A stretch of DNA of 64,000 bases from Planctomycetota bacterium (GTDB lineage: Bacteria > Planctomycetota > Brocadiia > JAADGH01), in NCBI GenBank assembly GCA_013152475.1, contig JAADGH010000162.1, positions 45,994-109,993 on the forward strand, written 5' to 3'. Of the stretch, positions 1 through 8,720 are shown piece by piece (the stretch's first letter is position 1; each line of letters begins with the position of its first letter). The notes under the pieces were generated by a model. It had not been told where the DNA came from and made no database searches. It saw nothing but the letters and a program-made list of their open reading frames with translations. The position numbers were made by a program, and so were the translations under genes.

Positions 1-408
1 TCCGTGCTCGCGGTACATCCGGATGGTTCTCACCTTGGTCTTCGCGTCCACCTTCACCGGAAGTCTCTGCCGCAACAGGAGTGGACTCGTGGTTGTGACG
101 GGGAGGTCGAGCTGTTTTGCCTTCTCCAGGAATTCCCTTGCCCCAAGCGAATAGCCCAAGAGGGACTCCTCAGACCCCTGCGACGTGTAAAACTGACAGA
201 AGATCACGCTGGCGATGCACAGGACCGCCGTCATCGCCGCCATCTTCTGGCCCCGCAGGTAGCCGGCAAGAAGCACCGGGATGAAGTAGAAATTCAGCAA
301 GGTGATTTTCTGCTCGACGACGCGGTCGACCAAGGCCATCACGCCCACGATGACGAGAATCAGGATGACCTCAAGGTGACGGAGTCCAAAACGTTTCAGA
401 CTGTCCAT
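1..408 (-). CDS. hypothetical membrane protein, N-terminal part (gene continues past the left window edge)
   Basis: Not in the ORF track (no stop in window). Hand translation from ATG 408: MDSLKRFGLRHLEVILILVIVGVMALVDRVVEQKITLLNFYFIPVLLAGYL...TIRMYREHG, open for 136 codons to position 1. Two hydrophobic segments. Starts 13 nt after the stop of the upstream DUF3604-like gene. Confidence 0.55.
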   Translation of the reverse strand, partial: MDSLKRFGLRHLEVILILVIVGVMALVDRVVEQKITLLNFYFIPVLLAGYLRGQKMAAMTAVLCIASVIFCQFYTSQGSEESLLGYSLGAREFLEKAKQLDLPVTTTSPLLLRQRLPVKVDAKTKVRTIRMYREHG

Positions 409-421
409 TTCCCATTTCCCT

Positions 422-2590
422 TCAGGACGATTGTCTCTGCACGCAGATCGGACTGCTCCACGCCATCGCTCCATCCCTCTGTGTGACCTTTATATAGTAG
501 GGTACCACGCCCTTCCGTTCCGCCTCGTCAATGAGCTTCCAACTCAGCGGGCCGTAGGTCCTCGGCAGGCACTCCGCCTGCAGCCGCAGCCCCACCCCCC
601 CCGCTTCCCTCACGACTGTGTCTTGGCGCACTTCGCCCACCGAAAATTCCATCTGGACGATGGGAGTCCTGACTTTCAGAATTGCGCCGTCATTCGCTTC
701 CAGCCGCAGAATCACGCCATCGACATCGCCCGCGGTTGTGGAACGCCACTCGACACGATTGGCCGACGCATGCGTGATGCCCTCGGCGGCGGAGTCGAAG
801 GCGTAGCCCTGGGCATCGACGATCCTGCCCCCCTCGATCTCCACCTTGCCGTCCCACGTGGCGATCCGACCCCGTCCCCTAATCAGCGCCCCGCCCCAGG
901 TGATCCGGATGCGGTCGCTCTCACGCTGCGGGGTCGCGGGGAACTGCGCGGCCAGTGCACCGCCTGCGAACAGCTCGACCTTCTCGATGTTGTCAGTCCC
1001 CACGACGCGGAACTCGATCTCGGGGGGCCCCTTGACTTCGCACTCTTCTCCCATCGTGTGATCGCCGCAGGAGACCTCCAGCAGGATGCGCTGCCCGCTC
1101 GTGGCATAGCATCGCCGTTTCTTGAGGGCGTCCCAGATCGCCTCGCGCGTCAGCTCCTCAGCCAGCACACACACCAAGCCGCCGTATACACCGAACGACG
1201 AGCGGCCGGGATAGCTCGCCCCTGGCCGGCCCTTGTGGTCGTCGCTCCCTGCCACAAAGCCCACCTTGCGCCCCCGCTCCAGGGCCTCACGCAGAAACCA
1301 ATCGAACTCCCCCCACGCCGAATAGATTTCGATGAGCGGCTCGATGGCCGGCTCATACATCTCCAGGTTCCCCGGCCGGCCGCCGACGTGCGGGATTGTG
1401 ATCGCGTCGCGCTCCTTCAGCTCACGATGCAACTCCGTTACTGGAAAACGGTCCGTGTCCGCATCGCTCTTGTCGGCGATTTGCCAGTGGCTGCACCGAT
1501 GGATCTGCTCGTCGTCCTTGAGGAAATACACGTTGTGGTCCCCGCCGGCCGGCGTATTGCCCGACCATTCGTAGCCGAGGAACGTCACAAACTCGCCGGG
1601 CTTGTTAAACTCCCGCGCGCAGCGGCAGACCTCCTGCCATGTCTCCTTCGTGATCTGAAACGCATTGCCCTGGTGGCTGGTAAAGTCGAGCCGGCTCACG
1701 TCGCGGGCGTAGCGGAAGTAGTCTTCCACCGAATTGGTCCCGACCGTCTCCTCGCTCTGGCCATGCAGATCGCCCCAGAAGGGGCGCAGCTTCGGCAGAT
1801 CGTCGCGCGCCGAGATGGGATTGCTGGTGCAGGACAAGCCGTCCGCGCCCTTGGCCGAGAGGCTCCGCACCTCTGTGTTCTCCGCCTTTACGCCCTCGAT
1901 CTTTTTCATGCCCTTGTCGTCGATGGTGAGCTGCAGCTTCCCCGGCAGACCGGAGACATTACCCACCGCGCTCAGCGTGACGGTCCCGGCGTAGCTGGGG
2001 GTTACGTTGCCCCACTTGTCGAGGACCTTGAGGAGGACATCGAAGGGCTCACCCACCTTCACCATCGACGGCGCGATCATGACCAGCTTCTCGGCCCGCC
2101 CGCCGATGACCTCGATCTCGGGATGGTTCCGCAGCTCCACAAACTCCCCGCCGCCGTGGCTGTCCACCAGCACCTTGAACTCAAAGGTCTTTTCGCAGAA
2201 GGTCTGGGCGAACATCCCCGGTGAGCCCTGCGACGTATCGCCATACACGACCGTGACGGTGTCGCCCTCGCCGAGGGGAGAGTCGGCGAAGTCGATGAGC
2301 AGCGCCTTGCGCCAGGGGCGGATGTAGCCACGGGGGGCAAACCGGTAGCTGATCTTCGAGGCGCCCGTGGTGGTCACGGTGAGATAGTTCGGGGCCCTCG
2401 AGTCCCGCGACTGGGGCCGGCCCCAGTCAGTCATCTGCCGCCAGGCGATCTTCAGGCTGCCGCCGTCGTCGATGCCGTATTTGCCGACGTGGTAGGTAAG
2501 GATCCACGTCCCGGGGGCCCCCGCCGCCACGGGGTCCCTGGGCTCGATCTCCGCCCAGCCATACCACGCTCGGAAGGTCTCGTCGTTCAT
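422..2590 (-). CDS. DUF3604-family (PHP-like metal-dependent hydrolase fold) protein
   Basis: ORF 422..2803; preferred start ATG 2590 (MNDETFRAWYGW...). Motifs FWGDLHGQSEE, GGDHNVYF, GSDDHKGRPG resemble DUF3604/PHP metal-site motifs. Antisense ORF 431..2224 judged a GC shadow. Confidence 0.65.
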   Translation of the reverse strand: MNDETFRAWYGWAEIEPRDPVAAGAPGTWILTYHVGKYGIDDGGSLKIAWRQMTDWGRPQSRDSRAPNYLTVTTTGASKISYRFAPRGYIRPWRKALLIDFADSPLGEGDTVTVVYGDTSQGSPGMFAQTFCEKTFEFKVLVDSHGGGEFVELRNHPEIEVIGGRAEKLVMIAPSMVKVGEPFDVLLKVLDKWGNVTPSYAGTVTLSAVGNVSGLPGKLQLTIDDKGMKKIEGVKAENTEVRSLSAKGADGLSCTSNPISARDDLPKLRPFWGDLHGQSEETVGTNSVEDYFRYARDVSRLDFTSHQGNAFQITKETWQEVCRCAREFNKPGEFVTFLGYEWSGNTPAGGDHNVYFLKDDEQIHRCSHWQIADKSDADTDRFPVTELHRELKERDAITIPHVGGRPGNLEMYEPAIEPLIEIYSAWGEFDWFLREALERGRKVGFVAGSDDHKGRPGASYPGRSSFGVYGGLVCVLAEELTREAIWDALKKRRCYATSGQRILLEVSCGDHTMGEECEVKGPPEIEFRVVGTDNIEKVELFAGGALAAQFPATPQRESDRIRITWGGALIRGRGRIATWDGKVEIEGGRIVDAQGYAFDSAAEGITHASANRVEWRSTTAGDVDGVILRLEANDGAILKVRTPIVQMEFSVGEVRQDTVVREAGGVGLRLQAECLPRTYGPLSWKLIDEAERKGVVPYYIKVTQRDGAMAWSSPICVQRQSS

Positions 2591-2595
2591 GCTAC

Positions 2596-3759
2596 CTACT
2601 TCACCGGTGCGAACAGGAGATAGTCCACATTCAGGTGATGATCGCCGACGACCGTCAGGCGAACCGTGTGCTTCCCTTCGCTCAGGTCGAAGGCCATATC
2701 GCTGCCGGATGCGTCGGCAACGCGAAACGCCCACCACTCGTCGGCGGTGTTGCGCGCCCAGCCGCCGGTTCGGGCGAACTGGAGCAGCTCGCACGCGGGG
2801 CATGGGACCTTGCCGTCGATCTCAAGCCTGCGGATGGGCCGCTCATGGTCCGACGCCCCGACAATGACCAGCCGATACCTACCCGCCGCCGGGACCGGGA
2901 ACGTCCACTCCACCCACTGCCCCGGCGCCGTGCCGAAGGAGTAGATGTTGTCGTTGCCATGCGCCCCTTTGTGGCCGCCGCCGGAGAGTTTGATCTCCCC
3001 GCCGCCGTGGGCGGAGAACTTCTCGCCCTCGATGAGGATGCCGTCTTCGGTCTTGACATCCTTGGCCGGGAAGTGGGGCAGGACCACAACCGGCGCGGTC
3101 TGCTTCATTGCGACCCCACGAACGGGGTTCGACCGGACGCGCCCGCCCTCAACATTGAGTGCCAGCTTGGTCTCGGGGAAGAGCATGAGAGAGACCTTCT
3201 TCTCCGTCATCTTCTCCTTATCGAGCTGCCAGGCGGCGGACGGATTGCCCTCGGCGGAGAGACTGGCTTCGAGGCGCTTCCGACCGATGGGAGCGCACCT
3301 GACCGCGCACTCATAGCGGCCCGCCTCGCCGGTGAATATCCCCGATGCCTGCATACCGCAGGGACCGAAATAGGCCTTGAGCTGTCCATATGTCCCCGAT
3401 CCCTCCGCCTTTGCGATGGGGATGTCGGCTTCGGTAGGCGGCAGCTTGGGGTTGGGGAGGAGGGCGATCTCGGCGGAGTGGGTCCCTTCGGTGAAGGGAA
3501 TTGTGGTCATCTTGCTCTCGTCGGAGTAGGACCAGCCGCTGTCGAGTTTCTTGCCGTCCAGCCAGATGGCCGTGGGTTTCTTCTCCGTTCGCACGTCGAG
3601 CCGGCAGGCCGGACCCTGGACGGTGACAACCACCCAGTCGTCATCGAAGGATGCGGCGACGGAGTTGGACTTGGCGTCACCCTCCCGCGCGAAGCACACG
3701 GCAGCGGCAAAGAGCAATAGGGAAAGGACGAGTCCCAATCGATTCATGCGGTTCTCCAT
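2596..3759 (-). CDS. secreted protein with C-terminal carbohydrate-binding-module-like domain
   Basis: ORF 2596..3951; preferred start ATG 3759 (MENRMNRLGLVLSLLLFAAAVCFA = signal peptide). The C-terminal ~140 aa (GEKFSAHGGGEIKLSGG...WVEWTFPVPAAGRYRLVIVGA...HLNVDYLLFAPV) look like a CBM6/35-type sugar-binding beta-sandwich. Confidence 0.6.
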   Translation of the reverse strand: MENRMNRLGLVLSLLLFAAAVCFAREGDAKSNSVAASFDDDWVVVTVQGPACRLDVRTEKKPTAIWLDGKKLDSGWSYSDESKMTTIPFTEGTHSAEIALLPNPKLPPTEADIPIAKAEGSGTYGQLKAYFGPCGMQASGIFTGEAGRYECAVRCAPIGRKRLEASLSAEGNPSAAWQLDKEKMTEKKVSLMLFPETKLALNVEGGRVRSNPVRGVAMKQTAPVVVLPHFPAKDVKTEDGILIEGEKFSAHGGGEIKLSGGGHKGAHGNDNIYSFGTAPGQWVEWTFPVPAAGRYRLVIVGASDHERPIRRLEIDGKVPCPACELLQFARTGGWARNTADEWWAFRVADASGSDMAFDLSEGKHTVRLTVVGDHHLNVDYLLFAPVK

Positions 3760-3864
3760 GACAGGCTCATTCCGTGTGATGTGAAATGTGCGTTGTTGTA
3801 CACCGGCCCCCATAGTTAACCCCGAGGAGGCAGGGCAGTCAAGACATTTTCGGTTTTTCGTGAC

Positions 3865-3893
3865 TTGCCTGCGCGTGACTTGCATGATATAGT
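3865..3893 (+). promoter_or_regulatory. sigma70-like promoter TTGCCT-17-TATAGT with TG extended -10
   Basis: TTGCCT 3865-3870, 17-nt spacer, TGaTATAGT ending 3893. AGGAAAGGAGG Shine-Dalgarno and ATG 3914 follow. Confidence 0.55.
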
Positions 3894-3913
3894 ATAGGAA
3901 AGGAGGTCGAAGG

Positions 3914-4174
3914 ATGCCAACGTATGAGTATATTGCCGTGAACGCGGCCAAGGCCTGCGATCACTGCCGCGCCGGGTTCGAGGTCCGGCAGAGGATGTCC
4001 GATGAACCTCTGAAAAACTGCCCTCAGTGTGGGAACGCCGTTCAGCGGGTCATCAGCGCGGTGGGGATCTCGACGCGGAAGTCCACCAAGTCGCTCCTGA
4101 GCGACGAGAACATCAAGAAGCACGGCTTTACGCGCCTGGTCAAGGAAGACGAGGGCAAGTATCGCAAGATATGA
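3914..4174 (+). CDS. FmdB-family zinc-ribbon protein (CxxC_CxxC_SSSS type putative regulator)
   Basis: MPTYEYIAVN..CDHC...FEVRQRMSDEPLKNCPQCG..VQRVIS is the canonical FmdB N-terminal zinc ribbon. Strong SD upstream. Confidence 0.9.
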   Translation: MPTYEYIAVNAAKACDHCRAGFEVRQRMSDEPLKNCPQCGNAVQRVISAVGISTRKSTKSLLSDENIKKHGFTRLVKEDEGKYRKI

Positions 4175-4434
4175 TCCGGGGCCGTGCGGCTTGCCAAAGG
4201 GCCTGTCGTCCCACCTGCACCGGCATTCCCAGCAATGGATCGCGTCCCTGAATCCGTGAAAATACTGTATGGGAAGGCAGGGAAGCGGTGGGGAAGTGGG
4301 CGGGAGGTCTGGGTAGGCTGCCGGCGTTGTGCAATTAAGGGCCGGTGGAAACTTGCGCGCCAGGCGATGGGGAGACATTCGACGTTCTGGAGGCTGAAAA
4401 CAGGCCGTTGGGGCGGGTCCAAGGACAGATTGTA

Positions 4435-4463
4435 TTGACTTCGATCCGTTTCTTGTGTATAAT
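4435..4463 (+). promoter_or_regulatory. consensus sigma70 promoter TTGACT-17-TATAAT, probably belonging to the IS remnant
   Basis: TTGACT 4435-4440, 17-nt spacer, TATAAT 4458-4463, in a locally AT-rich stretch ~105 nt upstream of the transposase remnant. Confidence 0.5.
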
Positions 4464-4569
4464 TCGTTGCTACTGTCCGGTCGTTGGTATCTTAAAAAAC
4501 GTAACTGACCTGTTGGCTTTGGATTACGAGAAGAAATGACCGGCATCGACTTCAATTTGCTCATGGCAT

Positions 4570-5019
4570 TTGGCCTTTCTTTCTCCGAGGGAGAGACCAG
4601 CGGTTGCCGGACAAATCGTCTTTTCTCAGATCATGCGCTTTCTTCCACTTCGCGCCTTTCATAAATGCGTGCACGCAGGGGACAACTACAGGGTCCAGAA
4701 GTTCACCTGCCTCGAGCAATTCCTTTGCATGGCCTTCGCCCAATTGACCTATCGCGAGGGCCTGCGCGACATTCAAGTCTGCCTGCGTTCGGTGCAGTCC
4801 AAACTCTACCATATGGGCATTCGCGGCGGCATCGCCAAGAGCACGTTGGCCGACGCAAACGACGACTTTCTCACCAACCGTTTCGATCTTCCCGCACTAA
4901 CCGTTGCTCAACTATACAAGGCGCAGTGGCGCATAGAACTCTTCTTCACGTGGATTAAACAGCACCTGCGAATCCCCGGACTGTACCATCCCCGGCAGTG
5001 TAAGAACCGGCCCTCTTGA
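4570..5019 (+). mobile_element. degraded IS4-family insertion sequence: internally deleted and C-terminally truncated transposase pseudogene
   Basis: The N-terminus IVFSQIMRFLPLRAFHKCV..GDNYRVQKFTCLEQFLCMAFAQLTYREGLRDIQVCL..KLYHMGI..STLADAN matches the DUF4372 N-terminal domain of IS4-type transposases. It is joined directly to a C-terminal piece (LTVAQLYKAQWRIELFFTWIKQHLRI). The whole DDE core is missing: 149 aa, far shorter than a full-length transposase should be. Confidence 0.75.
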
Positions 5020-5099
5020 CATAGGAGTTGTGTCGAGTACGATCTTCCCGAAGAGGAGATCGGAATGGCAAGCAGACTCAGATGGCGGAGAATCAGGCT

Positions 5100-6791
5100 A
5101 TGGAACATTCACGCCGGAAACTGCGGGTTGGAATACTCATATGTTCCCTCAGCATTCCTGCCTGGGCTCAGGCGATGTTGGACAGGATAAAGCAATCCGA
5201 TTATGCGCAACTTGTGCTGACCGTGCTCAACGATCATTCTCAAGGGCCGCGGTGCAGACCCGGAAACGGATGGGATACGTGGCTGTACAGACTCTACACC
5301 GCGCTTGATCAAGCTCGATACCACCCGGAACACGATGCGCTTGAGATCAAAGATGCAACCGGCCTCCTGGCCGATGTCCCCACATTGAGGGTGGTTCCCC
5401 GGAGGACAAGAGAGGGCGATTATTTTGAGGAAGAAAACATCAAGAGGATAGAGGCATATGATGTCGATGTTTTGATCCGTCTTGGGTTTCATATGCCCCG
5501 AGGGCGGATTCTGCAGGTCCCACGGTATGGTGTTTGGTCATACCACCATGGCGACAGCCGCGCGACCCGGAGCGGTCCCCCCGGCTTCTGGGAGGTCATC
5601 GGCGGCCGCCCTGTCACGGAATCTATCCTGCATATCCTCAGCGAAGACCCAGACAGCGAAATTGTGTTGTGCAGATCTTACTCATCCATCCACCGCCTTT
5701 CCGTGAGGTTGAGCCGCAACAATTGCCTCTGGAAGAGCCTGTCCTTCGTGCCACGGAAACTGGAGGAACTACACCGAATAGGGGGAGAGCGGTTTTTCGA
5801 CAAGGCAAGGAGGGAGAACGGGCGGATCCGCCCCCGCCCCCGCACAAGCAGTCACTGCGCCACACCGAAGAACAGGGAGTTGTGGGGGCCTATACTCCGG
5901 TATGTGGCCTGGCGCGCCAAGACCAAGTTTCTCAGTATGTTCTACTCCTGCCAATGGACCCTCCTGTTTGGCTTGGGTGACGGCGTTCCACGTTCCTTCC
6001 GAACATTCAAAAAGCTTGTCCCACCAAGGAATCGATTCTGGGCCGATCCGTTTGTTGTTCATAGATCGGGCCGGTATTACGTCTTCATAGAGGAATTCGA
6101 CTATGCACAGGATAAGGGCCATATCTCAATGCTCACAATCGATGAGAACGGAGATCACACGGAACCGGTGAAGGTCCTGGAGCAGCCTTACCACTTGTCC
6201 TATCCTTTTGTGTTCGAGTGGGATAGCAACACATACATGATCCCTGAATCCGCGGAGAACAGGAGGGTTGAGGTCTACCGGTGCACGGAGTTCCCGCGAA
6301 AGTGGGAATTCCACAAAGTGCTGATGGAGGGTATTGCGGCCTTTGATAGTACCTTATTGCAGTATCAGGGGAAGTGGTGGCTGTTCGCAAACGTACCCGA
6401 GAACGATGGCGCCACGGGCTCTGACGAGTTGTTTCTATACTATGCAGACGATCCACTGGTCGATGAATGGCGGCCTCACCCAAAGAATCCCGTTGTTTCG
6501 GATATCAGGCGAGCGAGGCCGGCGGGAAGGATCTTCGAACGGGATGGAATTCTCTATCGTCCGTCTCAGGACTGCTCCACGCGATACGGCTATGGCCTGA
6601 AGATCAACCACATCCTGGAGTTGAGCGAGACTGAGTACAGAGAAAAGGAAGTCGACTCTATCGAACCGAAGTGGGACAAGCACATCATTGGCGTGCACAC
6701 ATTCAATCACGCCGGCCGATTGACAGTGATTGACGGGCTACTGAAGAGGCCAAGACCTCCATGGGACAAGAGAGGCCAATACGTGTGGTAG
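5100..6791 (+). CDS. formyltransferase-like N-terminal domain fused to a beta-propeller (GH43-/glucosamine-inositolphosphorylceramide-transferase-like) domain
   Basis: ORF 5028..6791, preferred ATG 5100 (MEHSRRKLRVGIL). The N-terminal half has the Fmt-like motif VWSYHHGDSRATRSGPPGFWEV. The C-terminal half has WADPFVVHRSGRYYVFIEEFDY...YPFVFEWDSNTYMIPES...GKWWLFAN. Confidence 0.6.
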   Translation: MEHSRRKLRVGILICSLSIPAWAQAMLDRIKQSDYAQLVLTVLNDHSQGPRCRPGNGWDTWLYRLYTALDQARYHPEHDALEIKDATGLLADVPTLRVVPRRTREGDYFEEENIKRIEAYDVDVLIRLGFHMPRGRILQVPRYGVWSYHHGDSRATRSGPPGFWEVIGGRPVTESILHILSEDPDSEIVLCRSYSSIHRLSVRLSRNNCLWKSLSFVPRKLEELHRIGGERFFDKARRENGRIRPRPRTSSHCATPKNRELWGPILRYVAWRAKTKFLSMFYSCQWTLLFGLGDGVPRSFRTFKKLVPPRNRFWADPFVVHRSGRYYVFIEEFDYAQDKGHISMLTIDENGDHTEPVKVLEQPYHLSYPFVFEWDSNTYMIPESAENRRVEVYRCTEFPRKWEFHKVLMEGIAAFDSTLLQYQGKWWLFANVPENDGATGSDELFLYYADDPLVDEWRPHPKNPVVSDIRRARPAGRIFERDGILYRPSQDCSTRYGYGLKINHILELSETEYREKEVDSIEPKWDKHIIGVHTFNHAGRLTVIDGLLKRPRPPWDKRGQYVW

Positions 6792-6866
6792 GGGTTGTGT
6801 CCCCTGGGGAAAAAGAGGGACGCCACCGCAGGAGAACCGAGACGGGCGCCAGGATGAATTCGGCCA

Positions 6867-8582
6867 TCAAGACATGATGAACGATCCGATGCAGTCAGCG
6901 ATGGACCGGTAAACCGCCCGGAAGTCGTCCATGCTTCCGCCGTACGGATCGCGGATACTGACAGGGCCATGAGAGAGAAGAACTCCGAGTCGGTGGACCC
7001 TTTGTTTCACGAAGGGATACCTGGCAATCAGGGATCTATAGTTCTCTTCATCGAACGTGAAGATAACGTCCGCCTCCCTGACGTCGGCTTCGCTGACAAT
7101 GCGGGAACGATGTTCGGCCAGATTGATCCCCATCTCCGCCGCAGCATCAATGGCTGCCTTAGGGCAGGCGCGCCCCTCCTCAGGGTAGTAGCCGGATGAC
7201 GCAATCGCCAGAGAATTGGGGAAAACGCGTTGGGCATAGCACTGGGCAAAGGGGCTTCTGCAGATATTGCCGTAACAGACAAACAACACGTTTCTGGCCC
7301 TGCACAGTGCGCGCCGGGCTCTCTCTGCATGTGCCTTTCGGATCACTGGAACAGACAAGAACTGCGATTGAATCTTGTTTGCAACGTCGAGACCAAAACG
7401 CCACAGCTTGACGAATCCCGGTTTCAAGTCATCGGCTGCGAACGTATCTGTTCGCTCCTGGAACGTGAGTATGTTCATTGCCTCACCCATCGCCTGCCAG
7501 AAAGAGAAACCACAGCGAGTTTTGTCCGAGCGACCTGCCTTGAGGTCCTGCCGCATCCATCTCATGTCTGCGAACACCGTACGGCAGTATATTCCCTTCC
7601 GATAGCCCTGCGGGAAATCCCGTTTTCCCTCCACAAGGAGCTGGTAAAGGGAGTACGGAAAATCGGCCCCGGCAGCCACCGCCAAGGGAAGCGAGCCCCA
7701 GAAACGGCCGTTGATTTCCAGGAGGAACCAGCCCCCGGTTCTGAAGTCGACCCTGAACTCCATCATGGCCACGCCCGTGTAGTTCAAAGCCCTGACCAAC
7801 TTGGCCACGGCATCCAGGAGCTCCGGTTGAACAGGGACGCTTTTGCGATATGTGCCGCCTCCCATCAGCGACTCGTGGATCCGGACGTGTTGAAACGCCA
7901 ACAGAATCTCCTTCTCGTGCGCCAGGACCTCCACGCCCACCCCGCTCCCGGGGACGCTTTGCTGCACCAAGACCTTTCCTTCGGGAAGCATGGTCTTCAG
8001 GTATGCTTCGAGGTCTTCCTTCGTGTAGGCCTTCCGAACGTGTCTCCTATTGGAGAGATCTCTCAGACGGTATGAGGCGCGAGGCTTGAGGACCACCGGC
8101 AGTTGCAGCTTACGTAGAACGGAGTCCACTTCCGAAGTCCGGGACACAATGACGTACGGCGGGATTGGAATGCCAAGGGCCGCGGCCAGTTCGCACGTCT
8201 TGAATTTGTCGCAGGCAACTTCAAAGGCCCGCTCATCCAGGAGGTATATGGGGGCGCAGTCAGCAAAGTCCGCCCTGTGTGCCTGGAGGGGGAGGATGGC
8301 CTTGTCGTTGGTGGGAATGACCAGGTCGGGCCTCTCCCGCTGCAGTATGGAGATGAGCGAGCGTTTCCACAGATCGTCTGTTGGATCGTAGGCGGGAATA
8401 GGGTGAACCTTAGCCACGTATCTTGAGGAGAGCGCCGCCCACGAGGGAGGACACCATCCCACGTGAACTTCCAGGTTCCGGCGGCCCAGTGAGCGAATGA
8501 CGGTCAGAAAGCTTCGATCGTCCTCCCCCAAAACGAGGACCTTGCGCGTCAGATTGGCTTGCCTTGCTGTCCGTCCTGACAT
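6867..8582 (-). CDS. ATP-grasp enzyme fused to a low-molecular-weight protein-tyrosine phosphatase (Wzb-like) domain
   Basis: N-terminal ~400 aa: ATP-grasp motifs (VVLKPRASY, VLVQQSVPG, MMEFRVD..GGWFLLEINGRFWGSLPL). C-terminal ~150 aa: LMW-PTP P-loop VLFVCYGNICRSP and IRDPYGG. ATG at 8582. Confidence 0.85.
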   Translation of the reverse strand: MSGRTARQANLTRKVLVLGEDDRSFLTVIRSLGRRNLEVHVGWCPPSWAALSSRYVAKVHPIPAYDPTDDLWKRSLISILQRERPDLVIPTNDKAILPLQAHRADFADCAPIYLLDERAFEVACDKFKTCELAAALGIPIPPYVIVSRTSEVDSVLRKLQLPVVLKPRASYRLRDLSNRRHVRKAYTKEDLEAYLKTMLPEGKVLVQQSVPGSGVGVEVLAHEKEILLAFQHVRIHESLMGGGTYRKSVPVQPELLDAVAKLVRALNYTGVAMMEFRVDFRTGGWFLLEINGRFWGSLPLAVAAGADFPYSLYQLLVEGKRDFPQGYRKGIYCRTVFADMRWMRQDLKAGRSDKTRCGFSFWQAMGEAMNILTFQERTDTFAADDLKPGFVKLWRFGLDVANKIQSQFLSVPVIRKAHAERARRALCRARNVLFVCYGNICRSPFAQCYAQRVFPNSLAIASSGYYPEEGRACPKAAIDAAAEMGINLAEHRSRIVSEADVREADVIFTFDEENYRSLIARYPFVKQRVHRLGVLLSHGPVSIRDPYGGSMDDFRAVYRSIADCIGSFIMS

Positions 8583-8720
8583 TTAGTCATTGCTCCCATC
8601 GCGGTCTGGAGTGCCGCTACCGTGTGATGCGCCTGAATATAGGCCATGCTGAGCGAGAACATCCAATCTTTTTCATCGGCCATGTGACAGGCATCTGTAT
8701 CCGCGCCGCGCCGATCACCG

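Noticed and set aside
4-486. 160-aa plus-strand ORF at the left edge
   Set aside because: It is antisense to the partial membrane-protein gene (1-408), crosses its start and the neighbouring stop, and has no motif.
431-2224. 597-aa plus-strand ORF antisense to the DUF3604-like gene
   Set aside because: The translation is rich in R/P/A/G/H and has no recognisable motif. It lies fully inside a minus-strand gene with clear family motifs, so it is a typical high-GC shadow ORF.
2635-3720. 361-aa plus-strand ORF antisense to the secreted CBM-like gene
   Set aside because: Same reasoning: low-complexity R/G/P-rich translation, while the opposite strand has a signal peptide and a coherent domain.
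3839-4564. 241-aa minus-strand ORF spanning the FmdB gene and the IS-proximal intergenic region
   Set aside because: It is antisense to the clearly recognisable FmdB gene and runs through promoter-like AT-rich DNA. Low-complexity translation.
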